Origin: an uncultured Bacilli bacterium
GTDB lineage: Bacteria > Bacillota_I > Bacilli_A > RF39 > UBA660
Reading direction: 5' to 3'
Length of the DNA stretch: 48,687 bases
NCBI GenBank assembly: GCA_944367495.1
Contig: CALVWP010000005.1
Location: 1-48,687, forward strand
A model generated the notes under the pieces. That model was not told the origin of the DNA, searched no databases, and saw only the letters and a list, made by a program, of their open reading frames with translations. The position numbers and the translations under genes are program-made. Position 1 is the first letter of the stretch, and each line of letters opens with the position of its first letter. Of the stretch, positions 29,903-39,472 are shown in pieces.

Positions 29903-30558
29903 TTATTAGCTCCAATCCATTCTTCAAATGGTAATATGTGCTTATAATCATCATATATACCATCATATATCTTAACCATGTTGTTAATTTTATTTCGGAT
30001 TAAATCCCCATCTAAAGTAGTTTCTTTATCTAATTTATCTAATTCTTTTTCACTATAATATTTACCAAAATAATAAAGATTATTAATATTTAATTCATTT
30101 AAAATTTTATTAATTTGAACATGTTGATAATTATCATATTCCCCATCAGGATTATGAGTTATAATCTCACTCCAATTTTTATAATTCAAAATATACTTTA
30201 TCTGTTTTTTTATTTTTTTATAGTCAGAATTAAAATATACCTTATCAGAATAACCCATCATAACAACTGAATCTTTACTATAATCCATCGCTTTTAAAAA
30301 ATCATTGGTTTTATCTTTATTATACCCACAAGACACACAAACAACTAAGTAATTATCGGTTAGTAAATGAGCCCCACCCCAAACACTTTCATCTCCAGGA
30401 TGACTTACAATCATTAACTTATCAATATTACTTAAATCTAACTTTTCAATCTGTCCCTTAACTGGCATTAAATTTGGCCTTTTTAAAAATGATTGCACTA
30501 TAAAAAACATTAAAATTAAAATAACAACTAAAGTAATAACATTTTTTATTTTTCTCAT
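29890..30558 (-). CDS. PIG-L/LmbE-family deacetylase, membrane anchored
   Basis: N-terminal TM helix, VSHPGDES metal-binding motif (HPxDE type) and a downstream HNPDGEY motif. Confidence 0.65.
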   Translation of the reverse strand: MRKIKNVITLVVILILMFFIVQSFLKRPNLMPVKGQIEKLDLSNIDKLMIVSHPGDESVWGGAHLLTDNYLVVCVSCGYNKDKTNDFLKAMDYSKDSVVMMGYSDKVYFNSDYKKIKKQIKYILNYKNWSEIITHNPDGEYDNYQHVQINKILNELNINNLYYFGKYYSEKELDKLDKETTLDGDLIRNKINNMVKIYDGIYDDYKHILPFEEWIGANKWKD

Positions 30559-30572
30559 TTAAATCCCCTCAT

Positions 30573-31226
30573 CTAAATACTTTTAAAAAGTGTAAATGGA
30601 AAACGTTCAGGTAATGGTAGTTCAAAACTCACAATCTCCTTAGTAACCGGATGTTTAAACTCTAACTTAGACGCAAACAAAGCAATTTGATCCTTAACCG
30701 CCTTAGGATTATATTTTTGATCTCCATAAAGTGGTATTTTCCTAGAAGCGAACTGCACTCTGATTTGATGACTACGACCAGTTTTTAAACTAATTCTAAC
30801 TAAAGATAAATTATTTTCAAAACCAATCAAATTATAACTAAGTTCCGCTTCCTTACCATCTTCACTAACTTTTGTTATATTAGTTTTTTCATCCTTTTTT
30901 AATTTATCTTTAAAAGTTCCACTTTCACTAACCTTACCCTCTATTACCGCCATGTAAATTTTTTTAAACTCATGTTTTTGAATTTGTTTAGAAAGCCTAC
31001 TAGCCGCTTTAGAAGTCTTCGCAAAAACCATAACTCCTGAAACTGGTCTATCAAGTCTATGAACTAAACCCAAATACACATCTCCAGGTTTATTATATTT
31101 CTCCTTCAAATATTTTTTTAATATAGTTAATAAATCCTCATCACCACTTTTATCAGCTTGTACAGGAATATTAACTGGTTTTTCTACTACCAATAAATGA
31201 TTATCTTCATAAATAATATTAATCAT
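30573..31226 (-). CDS. RluA-family pseudouridine synthase
   Basis: Catalytic HRLDRPVSG and GRSHQIRVQ motifs. Start at ATG 31226 (MINIIYEDNHLLVVEKP), overlapping the upstream stop. Confidence 0.85.
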   Translation of the reverse strand: MINIIYEDNHLLVVEKPVNIPVQADKSGDEDLLTILKKYLKEKYNKPGDVYLGLVHRLDRPVSGVMVFAKTSKAASRLSKQIQKHEFKKIYMAVIEGKVSESGTFKDKLKKDEKTNITKVSEDGKEAELSYNLIGFENNLSLVRISLKTGRSHQIRVQFASRKIPLYGDQKYNPKAVKDQIALFASKLEFKHPVTKEIVSFELPLPERFPFTLFKSI

Positions 31227-32100
31227 TACTTTCCCATCTCCCATATATTCCACAAGGCAATACCATATCATTTTTCTTTATTGGTAACCCAACCTCTCCA
31301 GAAGTAACCTTGCCATTTGGAAAAAGTGGCAACATCATCGTTTTAAGCATATTAGCTAAAACTATATTACTTATACCAGTTGTATATGCATTAATTAATA
31401 AAAATAAAGGTTCATCACTAAGTATTTTTAAACAAGCATCTAATAAAACAGCCATATTCTTTTCAAACTTCCAAACTTCTTTATTGGGTCCTCTTCCATA
31501 ACTTGGTGGATCCATAACAATCCCATCATATTTATGACCTCTTCTATATTCTCTTTCCACAAACTTTAAACAATCATCTACAATAAATCTTATATTATGA
31601 TCAGTTAAGCCGCATAAATCTCTATTTTCTTTGGCCCATTCCGTCATTCCTTTTGAAGCATCTACCTGAACCACATCTGCCCCCGCTTTACTACAAGCCA
31701 TACTAGCAGCTCCCGTATAAGCAAATAAATTTAATACCTTAACCTGTCTGCCTTTAGAAACAGTGTTTTTAATTTTGTTCATCATAAAATCCCAGTTTGT
31801 CGCTTGCTCTGGAAACAAACCAGTATGCTTAAAATTAGTAGGTGTAACTTTAAAAGTTAAATCTTTATATTTAACAGTCCAAAATTCAGGTAATTTTTCT
31901 TTAAATTCCCAATAACCTCCACCTTTATTAGACCTATGATAAAAACCACTAACCTTATTCCAATTTTCATCAAAATTAATCTGCCACATTGCTTGTGGTT
32001 CTGGTCTTCTTAAAACAATCTTGCCAAAACGTTCTAATTTTTCACCATTACCCGCATCTAGACATTCATAATCCTTCCACTCATCACTAATTTTAAGCAT
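31219..32100 (-). CDS. Class I SAM-dependent RNA methyltransferase (RlmI/RlmK-like, COG1092)
   Basis: SAM motif VLNLFAYTGAAS and catalytic-type DPPSYG. Start at ATG 32100 (MLKISDEW). Confidence 0.75.
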   Translation of the reverse strand: MLKISDEWKDYECLDAGNGEKLERFGKIVLRRPEPQAMWQINFDENWNKVSGFYHRSNKGGGYWEFKEKLPEFWTVKYKDLTFKVTPTNFKHTGLFPEQATNWDFMMNKIKNTVSKGRQVKVLNLFAYTGAASMACSKAGADVVQVDASKGMTEWAKENRDLCGLTDHNIRFIVDDCLKFVEREYRRGHKYDGIVMDPPSYGRGPNKEVWKFEKNMAVLLDACLKILSDEPLFLLINAYTTGISNIVLANMLKTMMLPLFPNGKVTSGEVGLPIKKNDMVLPCGIYGRWESND

Positions 32101-32310
32101 TTTTATCACCAACTTCGTTTAATTTACACTAATTAGTATACCATAATATATTAATTTCTGGAAATTAACATAGAAAAAAGTTGGAAAATTGAATTGGCAC
32201 ATGCCAGCCCCTATTTTTTCCAACCTTATACTAACATTATATGTACATATTTAAAATTAGACAATAATTTCCATTAAAATTATTATAACTTTACACAATC
32301 TTTTACATGG

Positions 32311-32337
32311 AAAAAGGCATTGAAACTCAATGCCCTT
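32311..32337 (-). terminator. Rho-independent terminator after rpsI
   Basis: Minus strand GGCATTGA-GTT-TCAATGCC followed by TTTTT. Confidence 0.75.
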
Positions 32338-32349
32338 TGATAAAACATA

Positions 32350-32763
32350 TTATCTCTTAGAGAATTGTGGAGCTCTACGCGCACCTTTAAGTCCTGGTTT
32401 CTTTCTTTCTTTAACTCTAGAATCACGAGTTACAAAACCAGCTCTTTTTAAAATTTTTCTATAACTATCTTCTTTACCTTCGTTTTCTTTATCGTACTCA
32501 AGTAAAGCTCTAGTAATACCTAAACGAATCGCACCTGTTTGACCAGTAAATCCGCCACCATTAACTTTAACAGTAATATCAAATGTATTTTCATTATTTG
32601 TTGCAACTAAAGGTTGCATTAAATCCATAATATTAGTTTCATATGGGAAGAACTCTCTTACATCTCTACCATTTACCGTAATAGTTCCTTTCCCAGGCAC
32701 CATCTGTACTCTAGCAATAGATGCCTTTCTTCTACCAGTTCCTACAAACTTTCTAGTTTCCAT
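32350..32763 (-). CDS. rpsI: 30S ribosomal protein S9
   Basis: [12 protein letters not shown] near the N-terminus and C-terminal [17 protein letters not shown]. Confidence 0.97.
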   Translation of the reverse strand: METRKFVGTGRRKASIARVQMVPGKGTITVNGRDVREFFPYETNIMDLMQPLVATNNENTFDITVKVNGGGFTGQTGAIRLGITRALLEYDKENEGKEDSYRKILKRAGFVTRDSRVKERKKPGLKGARRAPQFSKR

Positions 32764-32773
32764 TTAAAACCTC

Positions 32774-33205
32774 CTAGTCCACTTTAAGCTCAACAGGTTT
32801 TTGAGCACTGTGTGGATGATTTCCCTCTGCATATACAAATAATTTTTTATACATTTGTCTACCTAATCTTCCTTTTGGAAGCATACCTTTAACTGCTCTT
32901 TCAATCATTTCAGTAGGGTATTTTTCTACCATTTCCTTAGCTGCTCTTACACGTAAACCACCAGTATATCTACTGTGATTATAATACATCTTATCGTTTA
33001 ATTTGTTACCAGTAAGTACTATCTTTTCAGCATTTACTACAATAACATAATCGCCACCATCAACATGTGGAGTGTAAGTTGGTTTATGTTTTCCTTTTAA
33101 AATGTTTGCTACTTTACTAGCCAAACGTCCTAAAGTTTGACCCTCAGCGTCAACAACATACCAACATCTAGTGACGTCTTCTTTTCTTTGCATGTATGTT
33201 TTCAT
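32774..33205 (-). CDS. rplM: 50S ribosomal protein L13
   Basis: [30 protein letters not shown] is the canonical L13 N-terminus. Start at ATG 33205 after GGAGAAAGGAAAAG; the track ORF is over-extended. Confidence 0.95.
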   Translation of the reverse strand: MKTYMQRKEDVTRCWYVVDAEGQTLGRLASKVANILKGKHKPTYTPHVDGGDYVIVVNAEKIVLTGNKLNDKMYYNHSRYTGGLRVRAAKEMVEKYPTEMIERAVKGMLPKGRLGRQMYKKLFVYAEGNHPHSAQKPVELKVD

Positions 33206-33285
33206 TTTTACTTTTCCTTTCTCCATTTTTTTCGTAAGTTTTCCCAAGACTTACGTATATGGGATAAATAAATGTACCAGTATCA

Positions 33286-33313
33286 ATTATATCAAAAAAT
33301 GTATAAAAGTCAA
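33286..33313 (-). promoter_or_regulatory. Sigma-A promoter of rplM-rpsI, followed by a leader hairpin at 33233..33255
   Basis: Minus strand TTGACT, 16 nt, TGaTATAAT. The leader contains stem CGTAAGT/ACTTACG just 5' of the RBS. This may be an L13 autoregulatory leader, which I cannot verify. Confidence 0.55.
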
Positions 33314-33458
33314 TAAAATTATATGATTTTCGTCCAACTTTATGTACCAAATCTATACAGTAAAGTTTTGACACTTAAATTAAATTTTTTCATATTTTTG
33401 CTATTATTACATATATTTTACATAGTTTTAATAATTTTTCAAAAACATTACCTTTATA

Positions 33459-34202
33459 TTAGTAAAGCACATCTTTTAAATATAATCCCTCAGGATTAGC
33501 TGTCTTTCCAGCTTTTCTTCGGTCTTGAGCATTTAATATATCAATTATATCTTCACTTTTACGTTTACCTTCACCAATTTCAATTAAAGTACCTATCATA
33601 TTTCTAACTTGATAACGCATAAACCCGGTCCCTAAAAAACTAAGTGTAATTTTATTTACATTTTTAAGTTCTCTAGTCAATCTAGTTTGAACTATAGTTC
33701 TCACATAATCATCTTTTTCTTCATCGGTTTTCGTAAATGATTTAAAATTATGTGTTCCTTCTAAATATTTTAAAGCTCTTTCCATCTCTACTACATCTAA
33801 CTTTTTATTATATTGGTATATATAATCTTTTTCAATCGGATTATACTCCCCCATATTAATTATATAAATATATTCCTTAGCTTTCGCATTAAATCTCGCA
33901 TGAAAATCATCAGCTACAATTTCCACATTTTTAACATAAATATCTTTAGGAAGCAGACTATTAAGTCCATCTTTTAATTTTTCTGGAGTAATATGTTTAA
34001 TATCTAAATCAAAATGAGCCTTTTGATTATAAGCATGAACTCCCGCATCAGTTCGCCCAGATGCATGTACACTAACCTTTTTATGACCATTAATAGTTTT
34101 TAAAGCCCTTTCCATCTCCCCTTGTACTGTTTTTTCCTTAGGTTGCTTCTGATAACCTTTATATTTAGAACCATCATAAGCAAACGTTATCAAATATCTC
34201 AT
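33459..34202 (-). CDS. truA: tRNA pseudouridine(38-40) synthase TruA
   Basis: MRYLITFAYDGSKYKGYQKQ N-terminus and catalytic Asp in ASGRTDAGVHA. Start at ATG 34202 after AAGGAGGAG. Confidence 0.93.
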   Translation of the reverse strand: MRYLITFAYDGSKYKGYQKQPKEKTVQGEMERALKTINGHKKVSVHASGRTDAGVHAYNQKAHFDLDIKHITPEKLKDGLNSLLPKDIYVKNVEIVADDFHARFNAKAKEYIYIINMGEYNPIEKDYIYQYNKKLDVVEMERALKYLEGTHNFKSFTKTDEEKDDYVRTIVQTRLTRELKNVNKITLSFLGTGFMRYQVRNMIGTLIEIGEGKRKSEDIIDILNAQDRRKAGKTANPEGLYLKDVLY

Positions 34203-34284
34203 AATACTCCTCCTTGCGCGAACAAAGTCAAAATAAATTTTGCCTATATTATTGTAACACAAATAAACAATTAACGCACATTCA

Positions 34285-35076
34285 TCATCTAACAAATCTA
34301 TATATATCTTTCATCAAATCATTTATATCATCACGGCATTCTAATTTAACACCTTTCAAATCCTTAACCAAATCAGTAAACTTAGTTATTTGTGGTTTTG
34401 AAATGTTAGCTTGCTTTAACAATTTATTATTCAAAAACAAATTATATTTATTACCCTTAAATATAAGCTTTCCATCGTCTAAACAAATAACTTCATCAGA
34501 AAGTTCCAAACCAGCATCTACATCATTAGTTGCAATAATAAAAGTTTTTCCATATCTTAATTTCATCATTCTAAACAATTTAATAATTTTTTTCTTACTA
34601 GCATAATCTAAATTAGTAAAAGGTTCATCTAAAATAAACAATTTAGGATTACAAGCTAAAACCTTCGCCAAAGCAATTTTTTTTTGCTCGCCCTTACTAA
34701 CCTCAAAAGGTGAACGATTTAAATAAGTTTTATCTAACCCAACCATCTTTAAAGCACTAATTATTTTTTTATCATAATCACATTTTATCTTCCTTTTCTT
34801 AAGTTCAAATAATATCTCTTCATAAACCGTATTACAAAAAAAATAATCTTCAGGATTTTGCCTTAAAAAACAGACACTTTTAACTTCACATATAACTTCA
34901 CCAAAAGAAGAAATATCGTCACCAGCAATCAAAGAAAGTACAGTACTCTTACCACGTTTTCCAAAAATAAATGTTATTTTTTTCTCCTTAATTTCAAAAG
35001 ACAAATCATCAATTATCTTACTAACATAACCTTCTGATAGCACATCTAAACTCACATTTTTAAAAGCTATTTCCAT
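34285..35076 (-). CDS. ECF-transporter-type ABC ATPase, EcfA2 position, with divergent motifs
   Basis: Conserved position ecfA-ecfA'-truA. Walker A reduced to FGKRGKST, Q-loop RQNPED, signature VSKGEQKK, Walker B LFILDEP, H-loop position ATN. Confidence 0.7.
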   Translation of the reverse strand: MEIAFKNVSLDVLSEGYVSKIIDDLSFEIKEKKITFIFGKRGKSTVLSLIAGDDISSFGEVICEVKSVCFLRQNPEDYFFCNTVYEEILFELKKRKIKCDYDKKIISALKMVGLDKTYLNRSPFEVSKGEQKKIALAKVLACNPKLFILDEPFTNLDYASKKKIIKLFRMMKLRYGKTFIIATNDVDAGLELSDEVICLDDGKLIFKGNKYNLFLNNKLLKQANISKPQITKFTDLVKDLKGVKLECRDDINDLMKDIYRFVR

Positions 35077-35846
35077 AAATCATCCACCAGTTTCTTCTCG
35101 TCAAAATAGATTTTGTTGATAAGTTCATAAAATTTGAGTTTATTTGATAAACTAACAACAAAAGGTAAAGACATATTATTTTTTTCAAAAAATTCCACTC
35201 TTTCAAGTACTTTTCTTTTAGAACCTTCCAAAAGAACTTTACCCTCACTAATAATTACTATATTATCAGCTAATAAAGTATCTTCAACATCATTAGTCAT
35301 ATTAATCACTGTTATCTTTTCTTTTTTAGAAAACTGCTTTATATTTTTTAAAATTTTAATCTTTAATTCTCTATCAAAACCATCAAAAATATTATCTAAA
35401 ACTAATATCTTCGGCTTTTTAATTAAGGTTATTCCTAATACAACTAACGTCTTTTCTTGGAAAGAAAGGAATTTAAAAGATTTATCTAAAACATCATTAA
35501 TTTTAAGCACTGACGCAATATTTATAACTCTATCTTGTATCTCTTTTTTACTAAAGCCTTTTAATGAAGCTACCAACATATCCATAACCATATCAAAACT
35601 ATCGTAATCATCATAATCTGGAAAAACAGCTTTAATTATATTCTTATTTAACTGTTTATTTAAAACTAAAATCTCACCATTAAATTTTAAATCACCTGAT
35701 AAAATGCGCGCAAGTGTTGTTTTGCCACTACCATTTTTACCTAACAAAACTGTAAAATCACCCTCAGATATACTTAAGTTTAAGCCAGTAAACACTTTAA
35801 CATTTTTAAAACTAAAACTCAAATTTTTTATATCAACTACCTGCAT
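35067..35846 (-). CDS. ECF-transporter-type ABC ATPase, EcfA1 position, with degenerate catalytic motifs
   Basis: Walker A GKNGSGKTT is intact. Signature is LSFQEKTL, Walker B is ILVLDN (no catalytic Glu), and the H-loop His is replaced (MTN). Confidence 0.7.
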   Translation of the reverse strand: MQVVDIKNLSFSFKNVKVFTGLNLSISEGDFTVLLGKNGSGKTTLARILSGDLKFNGEILVLNKQLNKNIIKAVFPDYDDYDSFDMVMDMLVASLKGFSKKEIQDRVINIASVLKINDVLDKSFKFLSFQEKTLVVLGITLIKKPKILVLDNIFDGFDRELKIKILKNIKQFSKKEKITVINMTNDVEDTLLADNIVIISEGKVLLEGSKRKVLERVEFFEKNNMSLPFVVSLSNKLKFYELINKIYFDEKKLVDDLWK

Positions 35847-35866
35847 ACATTTTCACCACAGAAATT

Positions 35867-35895
35867 ATTATAATATAAATAACTTTGATTTACAA
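35867..35895 (-). promoter_or_regulatory. Sigma-A type promoter in front of the ecfA-like genes
   Basis: Minus strand TTGTAA, 17 nt, TATAAT, then GTGGTGA RBS and ATG 35846. Confidence 0.5.
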
Positions 35896-35904
35896 TGAAA
35901 AACT

Positions 35905-37089
35905 TTATATATTCCTATTTCTTTCATATACCTTTACCATTATAGGCAATGTTTCCATAATAGCTAAAGTATTACTCTCAATAATTTTAGAGTATACCCA
36001 CTTAAAATTACCATCACTACCATCTAAATTAATATCTATAAATTGTGATAAAGGTGTTGCTCTAACACCTCCAAGTTCAATTAACAAAGTAACTGGAAAT
36101 AAACTTTTCAATTTAGAATCCATTGTCGTATAAATTTCTAAGCCATCCAATTTATAACCAATTTTATCTGCATACACTTTAGCTACATTATAATTTTCTT
36201 CTTCATCTTTTTTTGTCAAAGAAACCCAAGGATTTTCCTCTTCAGCACCACCTAAATAATACACAATATTTCCGCAACTATGATAAATAAACGAACCAAT
36301 TAAATCATATTTTGTTTTTATTTCATTATAAAAATTAAATAAAGCCTCGTTTTCTTTTTCAATTTCACCTTTTTCATTAAAATAAGGACAGCCTAAAGGA
36401 CCTAATTTGTTTCTCTTAATATTATTTAAATGAAGTGACGCATGTATTTCTTCGCCGCTTTCAACTCTATCAGCAAACTCACCACATTCAATATTACTAT
36501 TTAAATCTACACCTCTACCATTGCTAGACCAATTTATCATACATCCAGTGGGTAAATCGTTTTCTTTAAATAATTTTTTTAAATATTCTTTAAGTAATTT
36601 ATACCTATCATCTAATATGTCAGGCATTGCATGTCTAAACATCATTTGTTGCAATTTATAACCATGGTCGCCATATCTATTCGCATAATCACCTTCAATA
36701 TAACAATTTCTATAATAAGTTAAAAAATATGTTTGCTCTTCTTCTTCACTTATGTCTCTTGGAATAAGTGACCTAATCGCACTTGTCACAATAACCGTTC
36801 CCTCAGGATTTACTATTGGAATAAAATGAACAGTATATAAATTATCATCTATGTTTATCTCTCTTGTACAAAGCTTTTCCATAAATCTAAGCACAAACAC
36901 ATTACTGATTAATTCACTACTATGTGTCCCACCAGTAATAATCACATGATACTTCCCATGCCCATAAACATAATGATCAATAGGTAAACCAAAATAAGTA
37001 TAACCTATTGGTTTTTCTTTTCTAATAATTTTACTATCAAAATTATCTAAAATTTCATTCATCTCATCATAATCTAAAATTTTACCCAT
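35905..37089 (-). CDS. M14-family zinc carboxypeptidase-like protein
   Basis: HxxE zinc motif in VIITGGTHSSELIS. Length and layout resemble gamma-D-glutamyl-diamino-acid peptidases. Substrate unknown. Confidence 0.65.
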   Translation of the reverse strand: MGKILDYDEMNEILDNFDSKIIRKEKPIGYTYFGLPIDHYVYGHGKYHVIITGGTHSSELISNVFVLRFMEKLCTREINIDDNLYTVHFIPIVNPEGTVIVTSAIRSLIPRDISEEEEQTYFLTYYRNCYIEGDYANRYGDHGYKLQQMMFRHAMPDILDDRYKLLKEYLKKLFKENDLPTGCMINWSSNGRGVDLNSNIECGEFADRVESGEEIHASLHLNNIKRNKLGPLGCPYFNEKGEIEKENEALFNFYNEIKTKYDLIGSFIYHSCGNIVYYLGGAEEENPWVSLTKKDEEENYNVAKVYADKIGYKLDGLEIYTTMDSKLKSLFPVTLLIELGGVRATPLSQFIDINLDGSDGNFKWVYSKIIESNTLAIMETLPIMVKVYERNRNI

Positions 37090-37145
37090 ATTATCACTTC
37101 CACACTATAAGCATACGCAAAAACAAAAGTTAAATCACTTAAGTT

Positions 37146-37898
37146 TTAACTTCGTTTTCCATTTTGAATCTTATAACTAATCTTTAAAAGTAATTTTCGT
37201 GGTATAAATCTAATTAAAAATACACCTATTTTCATTTTTAATCCAGGAATAATAATTAACTTCTCATCAAACATTTTCTTAACAGCATACCGAGCCACAT
37301 CCATACTTTCCATCCCTTTAATTGAAAAATGAACCCTAGCCACTTTATTAAACTCCGTATTAACTGGTCCCGGACATAAAACACTAATAGATACATTACT
37401 GTCTTCTTTTTTTAACTCTTCATAAATAGCCGAAGTTAAACTGACTACATAATTTTTAGTCGCATAATATGTAGCCATTAAGGGTCCCGACATAAACCCG
37501 GCCGAAGAAGCCACATTTAAAATGTAACCTCGATCTTTTTTCTTAAAATCCTTTAAAAATAATTTAGTTAAAACATGTAATGACTTCACATTTAAATCAA
37601 TCATATCAAGTTCCTTATCTAAATTAGTTTCACTAAATTCACCAAAAACCCCAAAACCAGCATTATTAATTAAAATATCTATATTCTCTTTTTTCACTTC
37701 ATTATAAAGCTCCATGCAATTAAAAGTACTCGATATATCTTTAACAATATAAGTTGCCTTGTCTCCAAGTTCCTTAGCTAATTTTTCAAGTCTTGTCTTT
37801 CTTCTAGCTACAAGTATTACTTCATAACCTTCAGATACTAAAACTCTAGCCATATCAGCTCCTATACCAGAAGAAGCTCCTGTAATTAATGCTTTCAT
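37146..37898 (-). CDS. Short-chain dehydrogenase/reductase (classical SDR)
   Basis: TGASSGIG, NNAG and YYATK motifs. Start at ATG 37898 after AAAGGTGA. Confidence 0.88.
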   Translation of the reverse strand: MKALITGASSGIGADMARVLVSEGYEVILVARRKTRLEKLAKELGDKATYIVKDISSTFNCMELYNEVKKENIDILINNAGFGVFGEFSETNLDKELDMIDLNVKSLHVLTKLFLKDFKKKDRGYILNVASSAGFMSGPLMATYYATKNYVVSLTSAIYEELKKEDSNVSISVLCPGPVNTEFNKVARVHFSIKGMESMDVARYAVKKMFDEKLIIIPGLKMKIGVFLIRFIPRKLLLKISYKIQNGKRS

Positions 37899-37962
37899 AC
37901 AAATCACCTTTAAAACATTATATAATAAGCCAAAAACTTTGTAAATAAAAAGACATGAAATA

Positions 37963-38829
37963 TCACATCTTTGAATTATCATCTATCAACTTTAAAAGAC
38001 CATTAGCTGAGTTAATCAAAAATTCCTGAGTTATTAAAATTTCTAAAACTTCTGATTTTTCACCCATTTGATAATAATTAATTTGATCAACATCATCTAA
38101 ATCATCAGATAAAAGCATATCTATAAAATATGGATTTGCTTTTTTTATTTCTTTTAAAATTTCTAAAGTTTTTTTGTTATCACCCAACTTATAATATAAA
38201 AACATTTTAGGAACTAAGAAAAATAGATTTTTTTCACCATATTTTTTATAAAGTTTATTAAAACTTTTTTCATCCTCAAAATAAGCATAAATAGCAGAAA
38301 GTACATATCTTGCACCCAAATTATCGTGCTCATTAAGTTTTATAATCTCTTCTAATTGTTTTTTAGCTAAATTTATTTTGCCATATTGAAGTAAAACTAA
38401 AGCTCTTTGTTGTAAACCTCTAATATATGGTCTCGTTTCCCATATACCATAAAAATGTCCTTCATCCTCAAAATAGCCTTGTTTTCTAAGTCGCTTTTCT
38501 TCCCTATCTAAAACTTTATTCATTTCTGTTAAAACTTCTTCACCCTCATATTCATAAGGAATTATAAATAAATATGGTTCAATATAATCCGGATCAATTT
38601 TAATGGCTTCCTTAGCTAACTTAATTGCCATTTTTTCCGTTTTTGCCTCATAAGCTTCACTAAATTTTTCCATCGCTTTATCAAAAGGAGTTTCTTCTAT
38701 ATTTAAAGTTCCATTATTATATCGTTTAATAAATTCATCTAATACGCCATGCATATTATTTTCAGTAACATTCTTGTCTTCCATAAACTTATCTAACTTA
38801 CTATAAATTTTTTCAAAATCATTTTTCAT
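37963..38829 (-). CDS. Helical-repeat (TPR-like) hypothetical protein
   Basis: Helix-rich sequence with repeated A..YY/L..G patterns. Start at ATG 38829 after AGAGGTG. No family recognised. Confidence 0.45.
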   Translation of the reverse strand: MKNDFEKIYSKLDKFMEDKNVTENNMHGVLDEFIKRYNNGTLNIEETPFDKAMEKFSEAYEAKTEKMAIKLAKEAIKIDPDYIEPYLFIIPYEYEGEEVLTEMNKVLDREEKRLRKQGYFEDEGHFYGIWETRPYIRGLQQRALVLLQYGKINLAKKQLEEIIKLNEHDNLGARYVLSAIYAYFEDEKSFNKLYKKYGEKNLFFLVPKMFLYYKLGDNKKTLEILKEIKKANPYFIDMLLSDDLDDVDQINYYQMGEKSEVLEILITQEFLINSANGLLKLIDDNSKM

Positions 38830-38892
38830 CCAAACACCTCTTTCACTAATAACATAACACATTTAATAAATATAATCAAATTCATCTTTTAG

Positions 38893-38921
38893 TTGACATA
38901 ACCAATAAGTAAGCTTAATAT
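38893..38921 (+). promoter_or_regulatory. Near-consensus sigma-A promoter
   Basis: TTGACA, 17 nt, TAATAT, 24 nt upstream of ATG 38945. Confidence 0.6.
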
Positions 38922-38944
38922 ATTATTAAAGAAAGGAATTTATT

Positions 38945-39454
38945 ATGAACCACAATTTTAAAAATGGTGAAGAACTATTTAAAGCCATACTTACTGACCC
39001 TCAAATTTTAGAAACACTACCAATTAATTATAAATATGATACAGATTTTTTAGAAACATTTTATATTATTTTAGAAGATCAAATTAAACCATATATCCCA
39101 AAAGAAATCTTTAGTATTTTAAAACATCATGATGTCATTTTTAAAAATAATCATCCGATAAAACTAAAATACAAACCCCAAGTTACTTTAAAAGATGAAG
39201 CAGAAATATTACACGATCTTTTAACTGATCCCAAAACAATCGAAACTATACCAACTAATGATAAATACAATAATGATTTTTTAGAAATGTTATATATTAT
39301 TTGGGAAGATGAAATTGAACCTTATATTCCCAAAGAAATGTTTGAAACGTTAAAAAATGAAGCTTTAATGCATGAATATCATCACAATCATCAATTAAAA
39401 CAAAAAATATGGGTCAAAGAAGAACATGCTAAAAAGTTAAAGGAGTTACCTTAA
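38945..39454 (+). CDS. Hypothetical protein built from two tandem ~85-aa repeats
   Basis: AILTDPQILETLPINYKYDTDFLETFYIILEDQIKPYIPKEIFSILK is repeated as DLLTDPKTIETIPTNDKYNNDFLEMLYIIWEDEIEPYIPKEMFETLK. Confidence 0.55.
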   Translation: MNHNFKNGEELFKAILTDPQILETLPINYKYDTDFLETFYIILEDQIKPYIPKEIFSILKHHDVIFKNNHPIKLKYKPQVTLKDEAEILHDLLTDPKTIETIPTNDKYNNDFLEMLYIIWEDEIEPYIPKEMFETLKNEALMHEYHHNHQLKQKIWVKEEHAKKLKELP

Positions 39455-39472
39455 AAATAACTCCTTTTATTT
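39442..39472 (+). terminator. Rho-independent terminator between convergent genes
   Basis: Stem GGAGTTA / TAACTCC with a 9-nt loop, followed by TTTTATTT. Confidence 0.55.

Noticed and set aside
33168-33374. 68-aa minus-strand ORF overlapping the rplM 5' end, and the N-terminal extension of the rplM track ORF
   Set aside because: The canonical L13 N-terminus starts at ATG 33205 behind a strong RBS. The upstream region holds the promoter and leader hairpin.
34203-34284. A hidden or short ecfT gene between ecfA2 and truA
   Set aside because: Only 82 nt separate the two genes, which is far too little for a ~265-aa multi-TM EcfT.
34214-36133. Antisense or overlapping ORFs 34214..34606, 35060..35248, 35134..35607, 35704..35898 and 35885..36133
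   Set aside because: All lie opposite or nested within the truA, ecfA-like and M14 genes. They have F/L/I/S-rich shadow composition typical of AT-rich antisense frames, and no RBS.
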